A DNA stretch of 64,000 nt from Antedon mediterranea. Lineage: Eukaryota; Animalia; Echinodermata. Below, piece by piece: positions 50,454-64,000 of this stretch. The notes under the pieces are model-generated. The model saw only the letters and a program-made list of their open reading frames with translations. It searched no databases and was not told the origin of the DNA. The translations under genes were made by a program, and so were the position numbers. Position 1 is the first letter of the stretch. Every line of letters begins with the position of its first letter. Location of the stretch: the NCBI RefSeq assembly GCF_964355755.1, contig NC_092675.1, positions 7,683,812-7,747,811 on the forward strand. Reading direction: 5' to 3'.

Positions 50454-53400
50454 ATGGCGGATCACGACTCCATAACAAATATTCATCATTTTGAGGAACA
50501 TATACAATTAAAAGAATATGATGCGTCGCCACGAAATAGCGCGTTCGTACCGCCGCGCCATGGGAAGTACGGAGGAGAGAACCATGGGACTGCGAATGGA
50601 ACTAACCAATACAATGAGGAGGATATCAATGAACAACTTGAAGAAATAACTAGGTATGGATTTGGATTTTTATAAAAGTAGCATATTTAAAAAGCTTTTA
50701 CAAACTCACCTTTTCAACAGATTTTTTCACCCTTAATAAACCATATTCAATTCAGTTGAGACCACCCGTGTATTTTATGGCCTGTCACTCTCTTTTTTAA
50801 TTGCTCTTTTTTTTCCTTTTAAAAAAAAAAATTATTTCGTGGATTACTTTTATTTTGATGTGAAGCGCATATAGGCTTTATGCATTATGCGCTTAAAAGT
50901 CCAAACTTATTATTAATTATTATTATTATTCTATTTTCGGTTTGATTGTAAGATTGAAAATGAAAAAAGGCAGTTTATTTCAATTTAAATTTTATTTTTA
51001 GAATTCACAATATTATTATTTTAATACTAATATTAATATTTAAAAAATAGTAATTAATTGTAGCCTATAACTTTTATCTTTCAAAGTGTATTTATATTGT
51101 AATATTAAACCCTACCTTCATCCTAATTTAATGAAACTGAATTATAATTTTTAATGCAATTAATTATTAACGTATTTATTATTATTATTAAAATTTTATT
51201 TAGTTTTATAATATCGTAACTACATAAACAGCTGGCAATTTTCAGTATAATTAAAGATATTGTTTTTTTAGACTGTTATTGTTTATTTATTATTATAAAT
51301 ATTATTATATGGTATAAACCATACTATTATTATAATTGTATTATAATTTGAAAAATAATAATCCAATAGAATATATAAAACAAATTAATTATAATCGGTA
51401 AATCACGGTAGACTATTGTTTTAATGCTATACAATTACTATTGTATAGTTTATACCAACATTGTGTTATATAAATTGTTGGTATAACAAAACTTTGATAA
51501 TACATTTCACTATGAATTCCCAGTAAGTCTAAAATTATTCACAGTAAATTTGACAAATAATATTTGTCATACTTGCGGTGGTACCAATACTACCGTTATT
51601 GGTTGTGGTATCTAGGCCTATTTAACGAAAATTAGGTCAATGTTAAGTTGTCCTTTACCAAGAAAAATTAATGACAATTATTGGTTAATTATACAGTATA
51701 GCAATTTTGGATTATGTCGCCCTTCTACGTCCTGTTCATTGGTGGGCTTCACTGACCAATCGGAACAAGCTCTCCAAGAAATGTTCCGGTTAACGCGTGT
51801 AATCATTCCTAAAAAAATCTCTGTCTCTGCTATAAAAAAAAAGTGTGATGTGCAAATATAGTAGTGATATGCCTAAATATGGTAGTGATATGACATCATC
51901 GTGTCCATAATATGGGCACATCACACTTTTTTGTCACATAAAGTTTGATAGTGTGGACAAGGTTTAACAGCGATTTACTTTTTTACAAATTATATGGAGG
52001 AAAACATTTCTCCTTTGAATAAGTTATTTAATAAAGATCTCTGAGAGATTGAAACTTCTGAGTACGCACTCCGTTATAATGATAATTAGCTTATTAAAGA
52101 AAAACATTGTTTCATCCATAATATATATGTTAAGGTGAATATTTAAAATTTTTATGAAAGTTTGAAACTTTTCTTTCTTTTATATATATAATATGTTAAG
52201 CTTAGTTCTAATTGTTGAAATAAAGTCATAGATAATAAGTTAAGTTTGGTAATATCGCTTGAGACAAACAGCAATAAGAAAATAAAAACACAAATAGCGA
52301 CAGTATTGTAAAAGTGTCAAGTGTTGATACAATAATCCACATCTAAAAAGTCTCCATGATTAGGCCTAACTTCTTTATAGATCATAAACTATGGCCTTAT
52401 TGCATATTGCAAGCAAGTGCTGCGAGCGGATATCTGGACATAAACATCCAAAAAAGAGAAAGAAGGTTTGAAATAATGATAATCAAAATCATATTATCTT
52501 GAAATTAATATTATTTCTCATATCGTATGTTGTTTGTATTATTATTTAAATATGTCTACGTCTAGTATACACCGACGGAGTGTATACAATCGTGACCTTT
52601 TAGTGGAGTGTTGTTAAAAGGTTTGATGGGATCTCGAAACAATAGTACTCCATAAGCTATTTATTTGAATGCTTTTGTGATCAAAGAATACCAGTTATTC
52701 AGCTAAATCGTTCATAATATAAAAAATATCAAATCTGATTGAGATTATCTCCTAGGTAACGTGTGGGCTATGTCTCTTGACATATTGTATAATAAACTTT
52801 AACCTGTTTAAATAGATCCAACATTGATATTCACATATACATCAAAGCGGTTTTATTGTCACAATTAATCAATTAAATCCTAATTATTCTAAAAAATCAA
52901 ATAAATAATAATAGATTTTAAATAACTATTGTCTCTCGGTTGCAAAAAAAAAATGCATTTAGTTTAGGATGCATTTTAGTGTGATTAAGGTACGTTCCGG
53001 CTCAATGAACGCAGTCACAACTGTATTAATTAACCCGAACTTGTTTTAGTGATTGTTGACACTTGGTACTGTAAGGACTATGCGTATTTTATACAACTAA
53101 ACAACATGGAAATAGTAAATGGAATGTTACGTAAAGGAAGCTACACTCTTTCTTTTAAAAATAGGCAAAGAAAACAAAAGGAAACAGTTCCAGCAACAGA
53201 AGTTGAATTTAAACCAATTAATAGTGTATTGAATCAAACAGAGCAACTAAGATCATCTTCGCCATCAGCTGAATCAGGCTATGCGGGATACGCAGACTCT
53301 GGTATAAGTGTCGCGTAAGTATATTTTCAATTATTACTAGTAAAATATATGTATATATTAATTAAGGATAAGTTAAGTACAATATATTACTGATCAAAGT

Positions 53401-56400
53401 AATAATAGAGGACAAGTTTTTAACTGGTATGAAAGATCATCAGTGTATTCATTAGATATTATGCAGGGATTTGTTCAGAAATATAAGACGAAAGATAAGA
53501 TCTAAATAATTTGATTTTAAGTCTTTATTTAAAAAGGTGTTTTTTGTGTGTTTTTGAGAAGTTTTTTGTTGTTGTATTTTCTACTTTCTATGAAACAATA
53601 ACTAATGTTCCGATTAAAAAAGTCTTCTAAAATGCATACCTTATTTTTGTTTAGTTGTATTCATTTAAACAAAAAAAAGTATTTCAGTAAAAATATCTAC
53701 TATTTCAACGTTAGTTTATTTCTTATTAGTTAAGTAATTATTAATAGGTGACAGGACCAAAATGTATGATAGTGAAATCCTGGATATTTACGTTGTTAAA
53801 TAATAAATAATGTAAGTATGAACTATATGCCAAACTTTATCCATACAGAAGCGCAAGGAAGAAAATATATGCCACACAGAGTTTACAAAGTCTTGCATCA
53901 GGTGGAGTAGCGGCGTCTGAGTCTGGTTATGACCCTACGTCTGACAAAGGCAGTACAATTGGCAGCATAAGCAACCGGTATAAATATATGTTTGGTGCCA
54001 GTACCACTGCCAACGTTTTTAAACACTGTGGATCATAACTGGGACACTTATATAATATCACTGGTGTACCGTTTAAAGACATTTGTGTCTGTCCACAACA
54101 TTAGGGATTTCAGTCCTGGAAATAACACAAACCACTACCCACCCTAAAGCGTGGTTCCCACTAGCGTCGCAACACAAGGACGTAACGCAAGTGAATTGAC
54201 CAATCACAAGCGATGGCTTATTCGCTTGTGATTGCTAACTGTCTATACTTCGCTTGTCATTGGTTAAAACGCTTGCGTTGCGTTTACGTCCTTGCGTTAC
54301 GTTCTAGTGGGAACCAAGTTTAAAGCTCCCACAAAGAGGACCACATACAACTTAAACCATAGCGAGTTGTGCATTTTGTCTACACGTTTAATATTCGGTG
54401 TTGGTGTAATATAAACACACTATTTTACTTCGTTCACATATAGTTTGTATTGCCAAACTTTACGTTGTTTTGTGTTTAATTATTGTGTACAATATTACCA
54501 TTTAACAATTAATACTTTTTGCAAATGTACTGTTTGTTCAACTCATGGTGAAGGGCAGATGTTTGTGATGACGTAACAGGGATTATGTCAAAACAGTATA
54601 AAACAATAATTTATAAATGTATGTGTTTGTTCAAAAAGTGTATTGTTTTGTCTTTATTGTATGTATATTAACAATCGACATATATAGTGCAAGCTCACTA
54701 GAAGAAAATAACTATGGAGTACATCCCATAAAAACAATTGTTATTTATAATATTATGAAAATTATTTATCTGAAAGTTTAAAAACTTAGTATACAAAGTA
54801 TGTAGAGAGCTAAACTACATACAATTCTTTGTCTGGATGTCAGTCACATGAATAATTTATAGCAAATACTTATTTCTTTCGTTATTTTTACAGAACTGGA
54901 GAAACATCATCCACAAAACGTTGGGACAGAGCTCTTTTGCGACCAAAAAGTGGATACGAAGTAAAGAAACACAGTTGCGTCACATCATGTATATTTGTCA
55001 CAAAAGTACTCTCCTATATAACTTTATTCACACTTGTTCTCATAGCAGCTGTTAGCAGTAAAATCTCTTTTATCATATTAGTCGGAAGTTTCGAAACTGA
55101 GAATAGTACGAGTGTAGAAACTGCCGAACATGCTGTCGATGAGGAAGAGACAGATTCCGAAGAAAATTGTGATCGGTTTTCTCGAGAGTACTATACAATC
55201 ATTGCGTTAGCTGTACCAGAAATTCTAACATTTATACATAATACAATCAGAGCTATTTTTGGTATTTTAAAAGCACCGAGTCTATCTCTATTTATAAAGG
55301 TTGGTAATATTTAGAGAGATTTTTTTCGGGGCAGTATAGGGGGACTGACTTTAAACCTTATTTCCCACTTGGACACAATGTAAACGTAATTTAACAGAAA
55401 GCTTACGCAACGCAACACAATACGTAACGTAACGTTTGATCAATCACAAGCGATCGATTGTTCAAACTGTCGCTTTTAATTGGTCAACTCACTGGCGATG
55501 CGTCTGTGTCGTTGCGCCGCGTCTAATGGGAACCGAGTTTAAGAGAGGTGAAAATTGCGTGGACAATTAAATCACCATCTTTTTCATCTATCATTCCAAA
55601 ATAAAATATTTATTACTATTAACGACAGAATGTTTTTCCTGTTTTCATTTCAACAGATCATTTCTACATATTCTATCAATATGGTCTTTAATATCATTTC
55701 CAATTTTCGGTATAAAATGTAGAGTTATACTTTTTATTTTCTATCGTTTCTTTAGGTATGCACCATCGAGACGTTACACTGTATAGGAATTACTCTGTTT
55801 GCGTTTAGAGTGCTTCCTTTTACCTCGATCGAGTTGGCCATTGCATTGACTGGTGGAGTTTGTATAATACCCGGTGTAATCAAAACCTTCTTCAGCAGTG
55901 ATGAAGACTCGACACAACAGAACAACAGAGCTTCCAACATCATTAAACGGATGTTCACATTTTTCGTTACAATCGTTTTACAACTTGGTGCTTTGGTGAC
56001 GATCCCCTACACACCAGACTACACCGGCAGTAAATGGGAACTACCATTGGCGATGTTTCTAATATCGCTCAGGTGGTGGGAGACATACGTAACAAGTAAC
56101 GTTCGCTTTTTATGGTGGACACTTCCATTATTGGATTTTAAAAATGAGCTGAGACGTGCAAGATGCAAGACATACATTGGAATCAGTGTCTGGAAGTGCG
56201 CATGCATTGTAGGTTTCAGTTTTCTCTTTCTTTCTGTCAACGATAAGTGGACTATATACAGGTGCACGTCAGATATGATGGAAGCTGGTCCACTAGAGCT
56301 GAAGCATTGGCTTGCCGTACAAATATGTGCAGCTTTTCTCTGTTACCAATTCGCAGTTACATCGTGTCAGACGATGATTCAGCGTTTTGGCTTTGCGTTA

Positions 56401-59400
56401 CCGCTGGCACTAGCAACTCCAGTCAGTTTGGCCGTGACGTTGTTGCCGTGTTATCTTAAAGAAGACCACCAAGATGAGTTTCCGTGGATTTGCCCATCAG
56501 ATGACAGCGAGATCTACTGGCGTTTGGTCCCAATGGCTCTGTGGGTCTCACAGTTATGGATCACAAACAGTGTATGGTTTAACCGAAACAGGCGAGTTAT
56601 TTTCACATAACGTTTTAAATCAAAATAAACCACACGTACTCTTAAATACAACAGCTGCAACTGTGATATAAACACACATTTAACTTATTATTTGTCTCTA
56701 TCCAGGAGAATGGAAGCTACCGTTAAACTGTTGGTACAACCATTTTACAGTGCCGGATTAATAGACCAGTCTTTGATGTTGAACAGGCGGCCGGTGATAG
56801 AAGAGGAAACGGTTAATAAACCAAACGAACAAATTGACGTTGAACCTGACGTCACTTACGAAGATGATGATGTCAATACGATGATCTACCTCTGTGCAAC
56901 AATGTGGCACGAAACGAAAAACGAGATGACCCAGATATTGAAGAGTATATGCAGGTGTGTATATGTTAACGGGTTCTCGGTGGCATCTTTGGTGCGGTGG
57001 AGTCTTTACCCACGCATAGATTGTTATGCTGGTCTAGCGACACATAACCAGTATCAGCATACTTCGTTCTACATGGGCTACGAGCAACTAGTGTATCACC
57101 TGACACTACACATTGTATCCATGAAAGATTAGGTTAATAAGTTAATATTTCAATGGTGGCCATGTTGCCGTCAACAGAAACGTCATTGCATGCCGTACGT
57201 GAGTAATCTGGTGTCAAATGGTGTCCCTTTTATCAGCAACCAATAATTAAGTTCTTTTTGAAAATACTATTGATAATATGTTATTTCTTCATGATTACAC
57301 CAATCACACAACTGGTAAACCTAATTGTTATTACTTCAATAGGCTGGACATAGACCAGAGACGACTTCAAGACTACCACGACTTGACTGGTAAAAAGCCA
57401 AAAGATTACTACCAATTTGAAGCACATATATTCTTTGACGATGCGTTTACCCTTGACGATGAAGACAATCCAGAGATAAACCAATTTGTCAAGACGTTGT
57501 TGGAGTGTGTAGCAACGGCTGCAAGGTAAGACAATTACAGAAATATTAAAACTGTTTGTTTAAGTTTGTTGTATTCTATTTCCAATCATGTTGTTGACAT
57601 AAACATCTTCAGTTAAGAAGATTTGTTTTCCATAAAATGTCTAAATATTCGGTATTTCTTCCAAATTCCAAACTTCAATTTTTATCCTTCTGCAATTAAA
57701 CTTGATGATGTCTAGACGTTAGGAGACGGTTTAAAAGAACAGACACATCGAGAAATGTTCAAATTTACTTTATTCCTTTTGGAACACATGACGTAGCGCA
57801 AACCTTACTACTGAATGAACCATCTTCTACGTCCTCATTCCACAACACTAATAGTTTACGCCAACATTACATAAACAACTAACCCTTTCATTGTTATAGA
57901 TCGGTTCGTAGAAAACAGGAATACATTGAAGTGCGACCACCTTCTATCCTGGACACGCCGTATGGAGGAAGAATGATATGGACGCTACCATGTGGAAACA
58001 AACTCATTGTTCATCTAAAGAACAAAGCTAAAATTAGGCACAGAAAACGATGGAGTCAGGTATGTGCCACAATAAATCTCAAAAGGAGAATAAGGCCCAT
58101 AATACTACCGTAACGAACTCCAGATCAGGAAAAGACACATGAGAAGGACGGGTGGAGGGTGGAGATAGGGCTCTGAAGAAGGAGGGACAGTGGTTGGAAT
58201 AATCTGTAATAACAGCATAGAAAATGTAGAACAAATATATACATTCTTTAAAGTTAATAGGTTGTGTTATTTATGGGGAAGGTGCAGACATCATCTTACG
58301 CGGTAATTACCCAAATCATATAACTTTCTAATGATATATATTATAAAATTTTAGTCTATTTAAACGATTCAATTATTATGCAGGTTATGTACATGTATTA
58401 TTTGTTGGGATGGATTTTGGTTGGTCAGCAAGAAGACAACGAACAACTAATAGAAGTGAAAACTCACAACTCCTATGTGTTGGCTCTTGATGGCGACATC
58501 GATTTCAAACCAGATGCCGTACAGAGACTACTTGATCTGATGAAGAGGAACAGGACAGTGGGAGCAGCATGTGGTAGAATTCATCCAATTGGAACAGGTA
58601 GGAACACCATAGAAAGAAATAGATAGATAGAAAGACTTGCAAAGGAACTGAACGCAGAAGACGTCTTCAGAATTAGAACTATCTAGGAAGCCAAAACGAC
58701 AGACACCATTTAAACCTCTTTGTAATCAATGACTCAATGTTTTCGGATTGCTGACAACCTCTTAAGAAGTTAGGTCATATGCGCATGCGAGGACCTGCTC
58801 CCTCCCCTATTCTTGGATATTGCACCGGTGGAAGATTCTAGGTACAGACAACGACACATCAATACGAAACAAAATCGAAAGCTCCTTATTAATAAAGACA
58901 TTAGAAATAATTGAACTTGGGAAGACTAAAGATCTTAGCAACATGGCAAATATATTAAGGTACAGTACAAGGTAATACTGTATTACTACTAATATAATGG
59001 TATGAATTTTTATTCAAATAGGTCCACTGGTTTGGTACCAGAAGTTTGAATATGCTACAGGTCATTGGTTTCAGAAGACAGCTGAGCATGTCCTGGGTTG
59101 TGTGCTATGCAGTCCAGGGTGCTTTAGTCTGTTCCGTGCTTCGGCTCTCATGGATGACAATGTAATGAGAAAATATGCAACAAGATCTGAGAAAGCTGAA
59201 CATTATGTGCAGTATGATCAAGGTATGTAGAACTCAATTACGGGACACCTTCGGGACCCTATAAAATATACCCTTGGTAGGTGTGCCCCATGAATAGGGG
59301 TTCGACATAATAGTGTTAAAACATATATTATTGGCCCCCTCGTTCTTTTCACGAAAAAACTTAGGGGTGTATGTGTCCCAAAGTTCTACTGTATAACATA

Positions 59401-61393
59401 AAGTTAAGTCGCAATAACAAAACTGATGTCTTTCATAGGTGAGGATCGTTGGTTATGTACTCTACTATTGCAACAAGGTTGGAGGGTCGAGTACTGCGCC
59501 GCTGCAGATGCTTTGACTTACGCACCAGAAGAATTCGAAGAGTTTTACAATCAACGACGCCGATGGGTTCCCTCCACCATGGCCAATACGATGGACATTC
59601 TACTTGACGGAAAGCGAACATCTAAGGTAAACCAAAGCATCTCGATGCCGTTCATCATCTACCAGATTGTCCTCATGGCATCATCCATTATTGGTCCAGC
59701 TACTGTAGCCATTTTGATAGCTAAATCCACCGCGTTTGCTTTCAACCTTGAAAGCGAGTATGTGTCTTACGCCATTGCCATCCTACCGCCATTTTTCTAC
59801 ATCATCATCTGTTTCACTTGTAAAACCGCTACTCAACTTTTTGTAGCAAAAATCATGAGCACAATCTACGCATTACAGATGTTGGCAGTGGTGATATCAC
59901 TCAGTGGAAATGCGTTAGAAGCTGGTTTGTATAGTCCAGAAGTGTTGTGTATGATCGGGTTGATTTCAATCTACTTACTCGCTGCTGTTCTCCATCCACA
60001 AGAGATCTGGAACATCTTATTTGGTGTTCTTCATTTTCTGGCAATTCCATCTGGATATGTTCTTCTGGTGATATACTCTCTAAGCAACTTGAATATCGTT
60101 TCTTGGGGAACACGTGAAGTGCCGAAAAAGAAGACAAAGGCAGAGATTGAACAAGAACAAACTGAAGTGATACAGAAGGCTAAGAACGGGATATTTGGAA
60201 CTGATTTGGAAGTTGGATTTGATGGTTCTTTGACCTGTGGATGTGGATCGTTATTTAAATGTGGATGCTGTTTGAATCCTTCAGATGATACTCACTATCA
60301 TTCTTTAGTGGAAGCTCTTAAAGTGACAGTCGACAACAGCAGGACAGAAGATCATACCGTAGAACCGACTACAAATACTGATGGATCAACCCAGACAGAC
60401 TATATTCCTGAAGAGAAAGCAGAGAAAACACGGATGACCACAGATTTTGAGATTCCAGAACCAGATTATGATGAAGAACTACCCAAATACATGGAAATGG
60501 ACATACATGATGAAAAGCCTTCTTGGATGAACGCACCTGCTTTGTCATGGGCCAAAATCCGGACTATCGATTCAGAAGAAGTCGAGTTCTGGCAGGAGCT
60601 TGTCTCAAAGTACCTTCATCCTATTGAAGAGGACAAACAGATGCAAGAAGCTATAGCCAACAGACTCAAAGAGCTTCGTAACAAAGCATGCTTCGCGTTC
60701 TTTATGTTGAATGCTGTTTGGATCATTATAATTTTCTTCTTGGAACTCCAAAGCGAATTGTTTGCTATACCTCTAGGAAATATACAAAGAACGAATGGTG
60801 ATCCAGCTACTATTGAACCATTCCAGTTTGCGTTCTTCATTCTGTTTTTGATAATTCTCGTTATTCAATTCATTGCCATGATCTCCCATCGGGTTTACAC
60901 ACTACTTCATATTCTGGCAGCCACTGACATAACCAAAAAGGACGAAGAGAAAGATCCAGATTTTGTTGGACCGCCGCAGCTTGAATTGACTCCATCTCTT
61001 ATCGATATGACTAATCTTGAAACGGGTAGCTTATCTTCGGAAAGAACGGGTCTATACCTTCATGAATTGAATAACTACGAAACAGCATCTGAAATATCGA
61101 CTCCATTCTCGGAAAACACACTGACGAAACCTAAATCAAAATGGGGTAAAATGAAACGGAGGAACAAACGACCAAAACTGGAAATTATTTCAAGTGGAGG
61201 AGAAACACAGGGCGAACAAAGCGGTACAAGTTCATCCCCAACGACAACACGAATTAAGTTGAAGTATCGCCCTTCCATAGTTGACCGAATTGACACACAT
61301 ATACGAAGAAGGAGGAGCACGAAGCCTAAAATGGTACGACCAGAATGCGAAGACGATGAGCGAAATGCATGGCAAGACAGACCCTACTTCTAA
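50454..61393 (+). CDS. CHS: Chitin synthase (GT2), 11 coding exons, about 1560 aa
   Basis: Phase-consistent exons 50454-50653, 53165-53314, 53849-53977, 54894-55299, 55756-56591, 56706-56954, 57343-57525, 57900-58059, 58384-58597, 59022-59222 and 59439-61393 (4683 nt in total). Motifs CATMWHE, HIFFDDAF, RHRKRWSQ, LDGD, WYQKFEY, CSPGCFSLFR, QYDQGEDRW, QRRRW, SWGTRE. The first three exons are less certain. Confidence 0.95.
51823..51962. mobile_element. MITE family C copy (reverse orientation) in CHS intron 1
   Basis: gggcacatcacacttttttgtcacataaagtttgatagtgtggaca is the reverse complement of the left arm at 44406. Confidence 0.7.
54148..54320. mobile_element. MITE family B (Harbinger-like, TAA TSD) in a CHS intron
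   Basis: taa|agcgtggttcccactag...ctagtgggaaccaagtt|taa. Confidence 0.85.
55355..55540. mobile_element. Degenerate MITE family B copy
   Basis: ttcccacttgg..acgcaacgca..caatcacaagcgat..attggtcaa..tgggaaccgag. Confidence 0.55.
59227..59393. mobile_element. Degenerate Tc1/mariner(Tigger)-like MITE filling most of the last CHS intron
   Basis: gtagaact...agttctactgta ends with gggacac/gtgtccc subterminal motifs. A related remnant lies at ~40880-41040. Confidence 0.45.
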
Positions 61394-61554
61394 TATAAAA
61401 TAAATTTATATTTTCAAACTCAATACAAATATTACATGTATATATATTTAAACATTATATAAGATAGATTAATGGTTCAATTGGGTACAGTATGAAGTTC
61501 CACAACTAAAACGGTAATAAACGTTTACACATGTAAAGCATTCAAATTGAAATC

Positions 61555-61866
61555 TAGCCTACATTTATCCAGATTCCTAACCTACATCCATCCAGATACC
61601 CAGCCTACATTCAGATACCTAGGCTACAATACATTCATCCAGATACCTAGCCTACATTCATCCAGATACCTAACCTACTTTTATCCGGATACCTAACCAA
61701 CTTTCATGCGGATACCAAGCCCACATCCAGATACCTAGCCTACATTTATCCAGATACCTAACCTACTTTCATCCGGATACCAAACCCACATCCAGATACC
61801 TAGCCTACATTCATCCAGATACCCAGCCTGCATTCATCCAGATATCCAGTTTTCATCCAGATATCT
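61555..61866. repeat. Degenerate ~23-bp minisatellite downstream of the CHS stop codon
   Basis: Repeated tacattcatccagatacctagcc with 19-23 bp variants. Confidence 0.9.
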
Positions 61867-62919
61867 AATGTCCACATGGTGCAATAGACCAGGGTGGGTT
61901 CATCGGTCACATGGTGCTATCCGACTTCAAGATTTTATATAGCTTTGGTGCTAATTATTTAATTATAGTAATAAATAGTAAAATAAGATAAGATTATCAA
62001 AATGTTAATATATTAATTAATTTCATATATTATTTAACATTGTTTATGGTGAGATAGAACATTAGTGGTTAATGTATACTATATACTGTAGTAATCTTAA
62101 TCCACAATAATGTTAATTTTAAGTCAATTTCATATTTGTATCATTTAATATTGTTTATGGTGAGATAAACTAAAACAAGTAATTTTATTCCAAAACAATT
62201 ATTTTGCCATATTATAGACTATAGGTGAAGTAATATAAAAGCATACTAGTTAATATTATATATGGTATATAAATTATTAAACAATATTGTAAATGGTATA
62301 TCAAAAATCTAGTGGTGGTTTGTTATTTTTTATAGAGATTTAATATTTATTATCTGATATGTCACTGCATTATGTGTGCTACATTAAGTGTTTGTGTATT
62401 TATTGCAAATCCATTTTGGATTATCATCAGGTAGTTTTAAATTGGTGTGCTAAAATGCCTATGTTACTGATACTTCATTTCATTTTATGTTTTTATATAT
62501 ATTTTTTAATGTTTTTCATTTAACTAAAACTATAGATTACAAGTCTGAAAAAGTAACATAATGTTCACTAGTATTAGAATCAAAATTAAGCCGAAATGAA
62601 GTATACATTTTCAACTTGGTTAAAAGGTGTTAATGAACATACATAAAGTATGATAATTTAATATTACTATAAACTTTTTAAAATTATTATTTATATCACC
62701 ATTGAGAAAAATAAATACTATAATATTATTAAATTCAATGGATCGTCTGTCATTTAAGTTGTGGAATTGATGATTTTTAAGATTTGAATGCAGAAATAGG
62801 TTTATATACAATTATAACACAGGAAACAAGAACAAGAAAGCATACACGTTGTACTGTACACCAAAACACATTCAAAAGTACCAAAAAGCATAGGAGAAAC
62901 AAATGTTTGGCCACAAAAT

Positions 62920-63021
62920 ACAAGGCCATATACATGGCTGCAGTCGCGTGCTCAAGTTAGTGCTTACCGACCGACCAACCGACATAGTGAGCTGTAGAGT
63001 CGCGTTGCACGCAACTAAAAA
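62920..63021 (-). mobile_element. HINE-like family H copy (most complete)
   Basis: acaaggccatatacatggctgcagtcgcgtgctcaag...(ccga)n catagtgagctgtagagtcgcgttgcacgcaactaaaaa. Confidence 0.7.
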
Positions 63022-64000
63022 CTGGCTATACTGTGTCACAAAGCAATTTCTACAAACAAATTTAAAAGCAGCTTTAGGTCTACAAGAAACAATTAAAATC
63101 ACACATTGGTTTACTAATTTAAACAAAAAAGACCAACAGAAAAACAATATACTGTAACACCGCGAAAATGAAAATAGGACAAAAATGTTATTTTTGACGT
63201 ACCCCCTCTAGAGATTTATATAATGTATAATATTCATTTCTTGTTTTATTATTTAACTATTATTTAACCATCAAATATGTAGAATAATAAATTGCTTTAT
63301 AAGTAGAGATACTGTAAATAATGTGCTAAACTGTTATTAACCGTTGCAATAAGCAATTCATTTTATTCTTTATTCAACAAAAACAATTTAAAAGCAAAAT
63401 GGATCTAGTTTATAGCTATCGTAAATAAACGTGTTCTATTTAAAAATTTTATTTCAGAAGAAGGGATATATTATAAATTATGTCAGTTCTCTGCAACTAC
63501 AGAATAAAGTATACAATTGTAGTTTTTAGATGTGTAGCAGGCGTTTAGTCTGTAAGTTACGTGAAAGGGTAGCTGTATTGTTTATACAGTATAAATAAAG
63601 TATCTTTCAAAATTGATAATAACCAAACCTATTTTACAGAGGTGAGAACAAGCAAGCGTTGTAAAATAAGTCTCTAAACAAAGTTCCTTTTGTAAACAAA
63701 GTTGTTATGTGTTATGTCCTACGTGAATTTTTCGCAGAATTATATGATAGGAATTTTACTGATTTGTCAATGCCTTAATTAGAATACAATGTCATTAAAA
63801 TTGTTATGATATATCTTTTTCTGACAAAAATTTCCACTATCCGAGTAAATTTGTGTAAATTTCCAATCTTTAAAAAACTAAATAAAGTAGGCCTACTTTA
63901 GGGCTAAATGTAGCACCACAAAAAGAACTTATTATGACTCTACCCTTTAGTTTACATTAAAAGCTGATTAGTTCATAACATGTTACAGAATTAGTTAACA

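Noticed and set aside
58730-58770. Possible minimal hammerhead ribozyme on the - strand (cttaagaggttgtcagcaatccgaaac)
   Set aside because: The core reads CUUAAGA rather than CUGANGA and I could not establish stems I and III. At most a decayed relic.
55752-61320. Minus-strand and alternate-frame ORFs within CHS
   Set aside because: Shadows of the coding exons.

Overview
AT-rich, intron-containing animal genomic DNA. The host is probably a marine invertebrate, but it cannot be fixed from the sequence alone. Host genes: (1) the first large coding exon of a GAF-domain cyclic nucleotide phosphodiesterase (PDE11/PDE5-like) on the - strand, with roughly the first 26 kb of the window apparently lying in its next intron; (2) a divergent carbohydrate-sulfotransferase-fold gene that has lost the usual PAPS-binding residues; (3) a 3-exon secreted selenocysteine glutathione peroxidase with an in-frame TGA and a SECIS element; (4) a tandem array of four tRNA-Arg(CCT) copies, one broken by a 9-bp-TSD TIR element; (5) a complete 11-coding-exon chitin synthase of about 1560 aa with one GC-AG intron. 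Mobile DNA is abundant: a decayed AcademX transposon, a non-autonomous Academ relative carrying an RTE LINE remnant, a young Mag-like Gypsy element with an in-frame RNaseH/integrase deletion, several MITE families, Helentron-type HINEs, SINEs and three minisatellites. I found no clear new multi-gene system. The best leads are the chitin synthase, the pseudo-sulfotransferase and several unusual element architectures.
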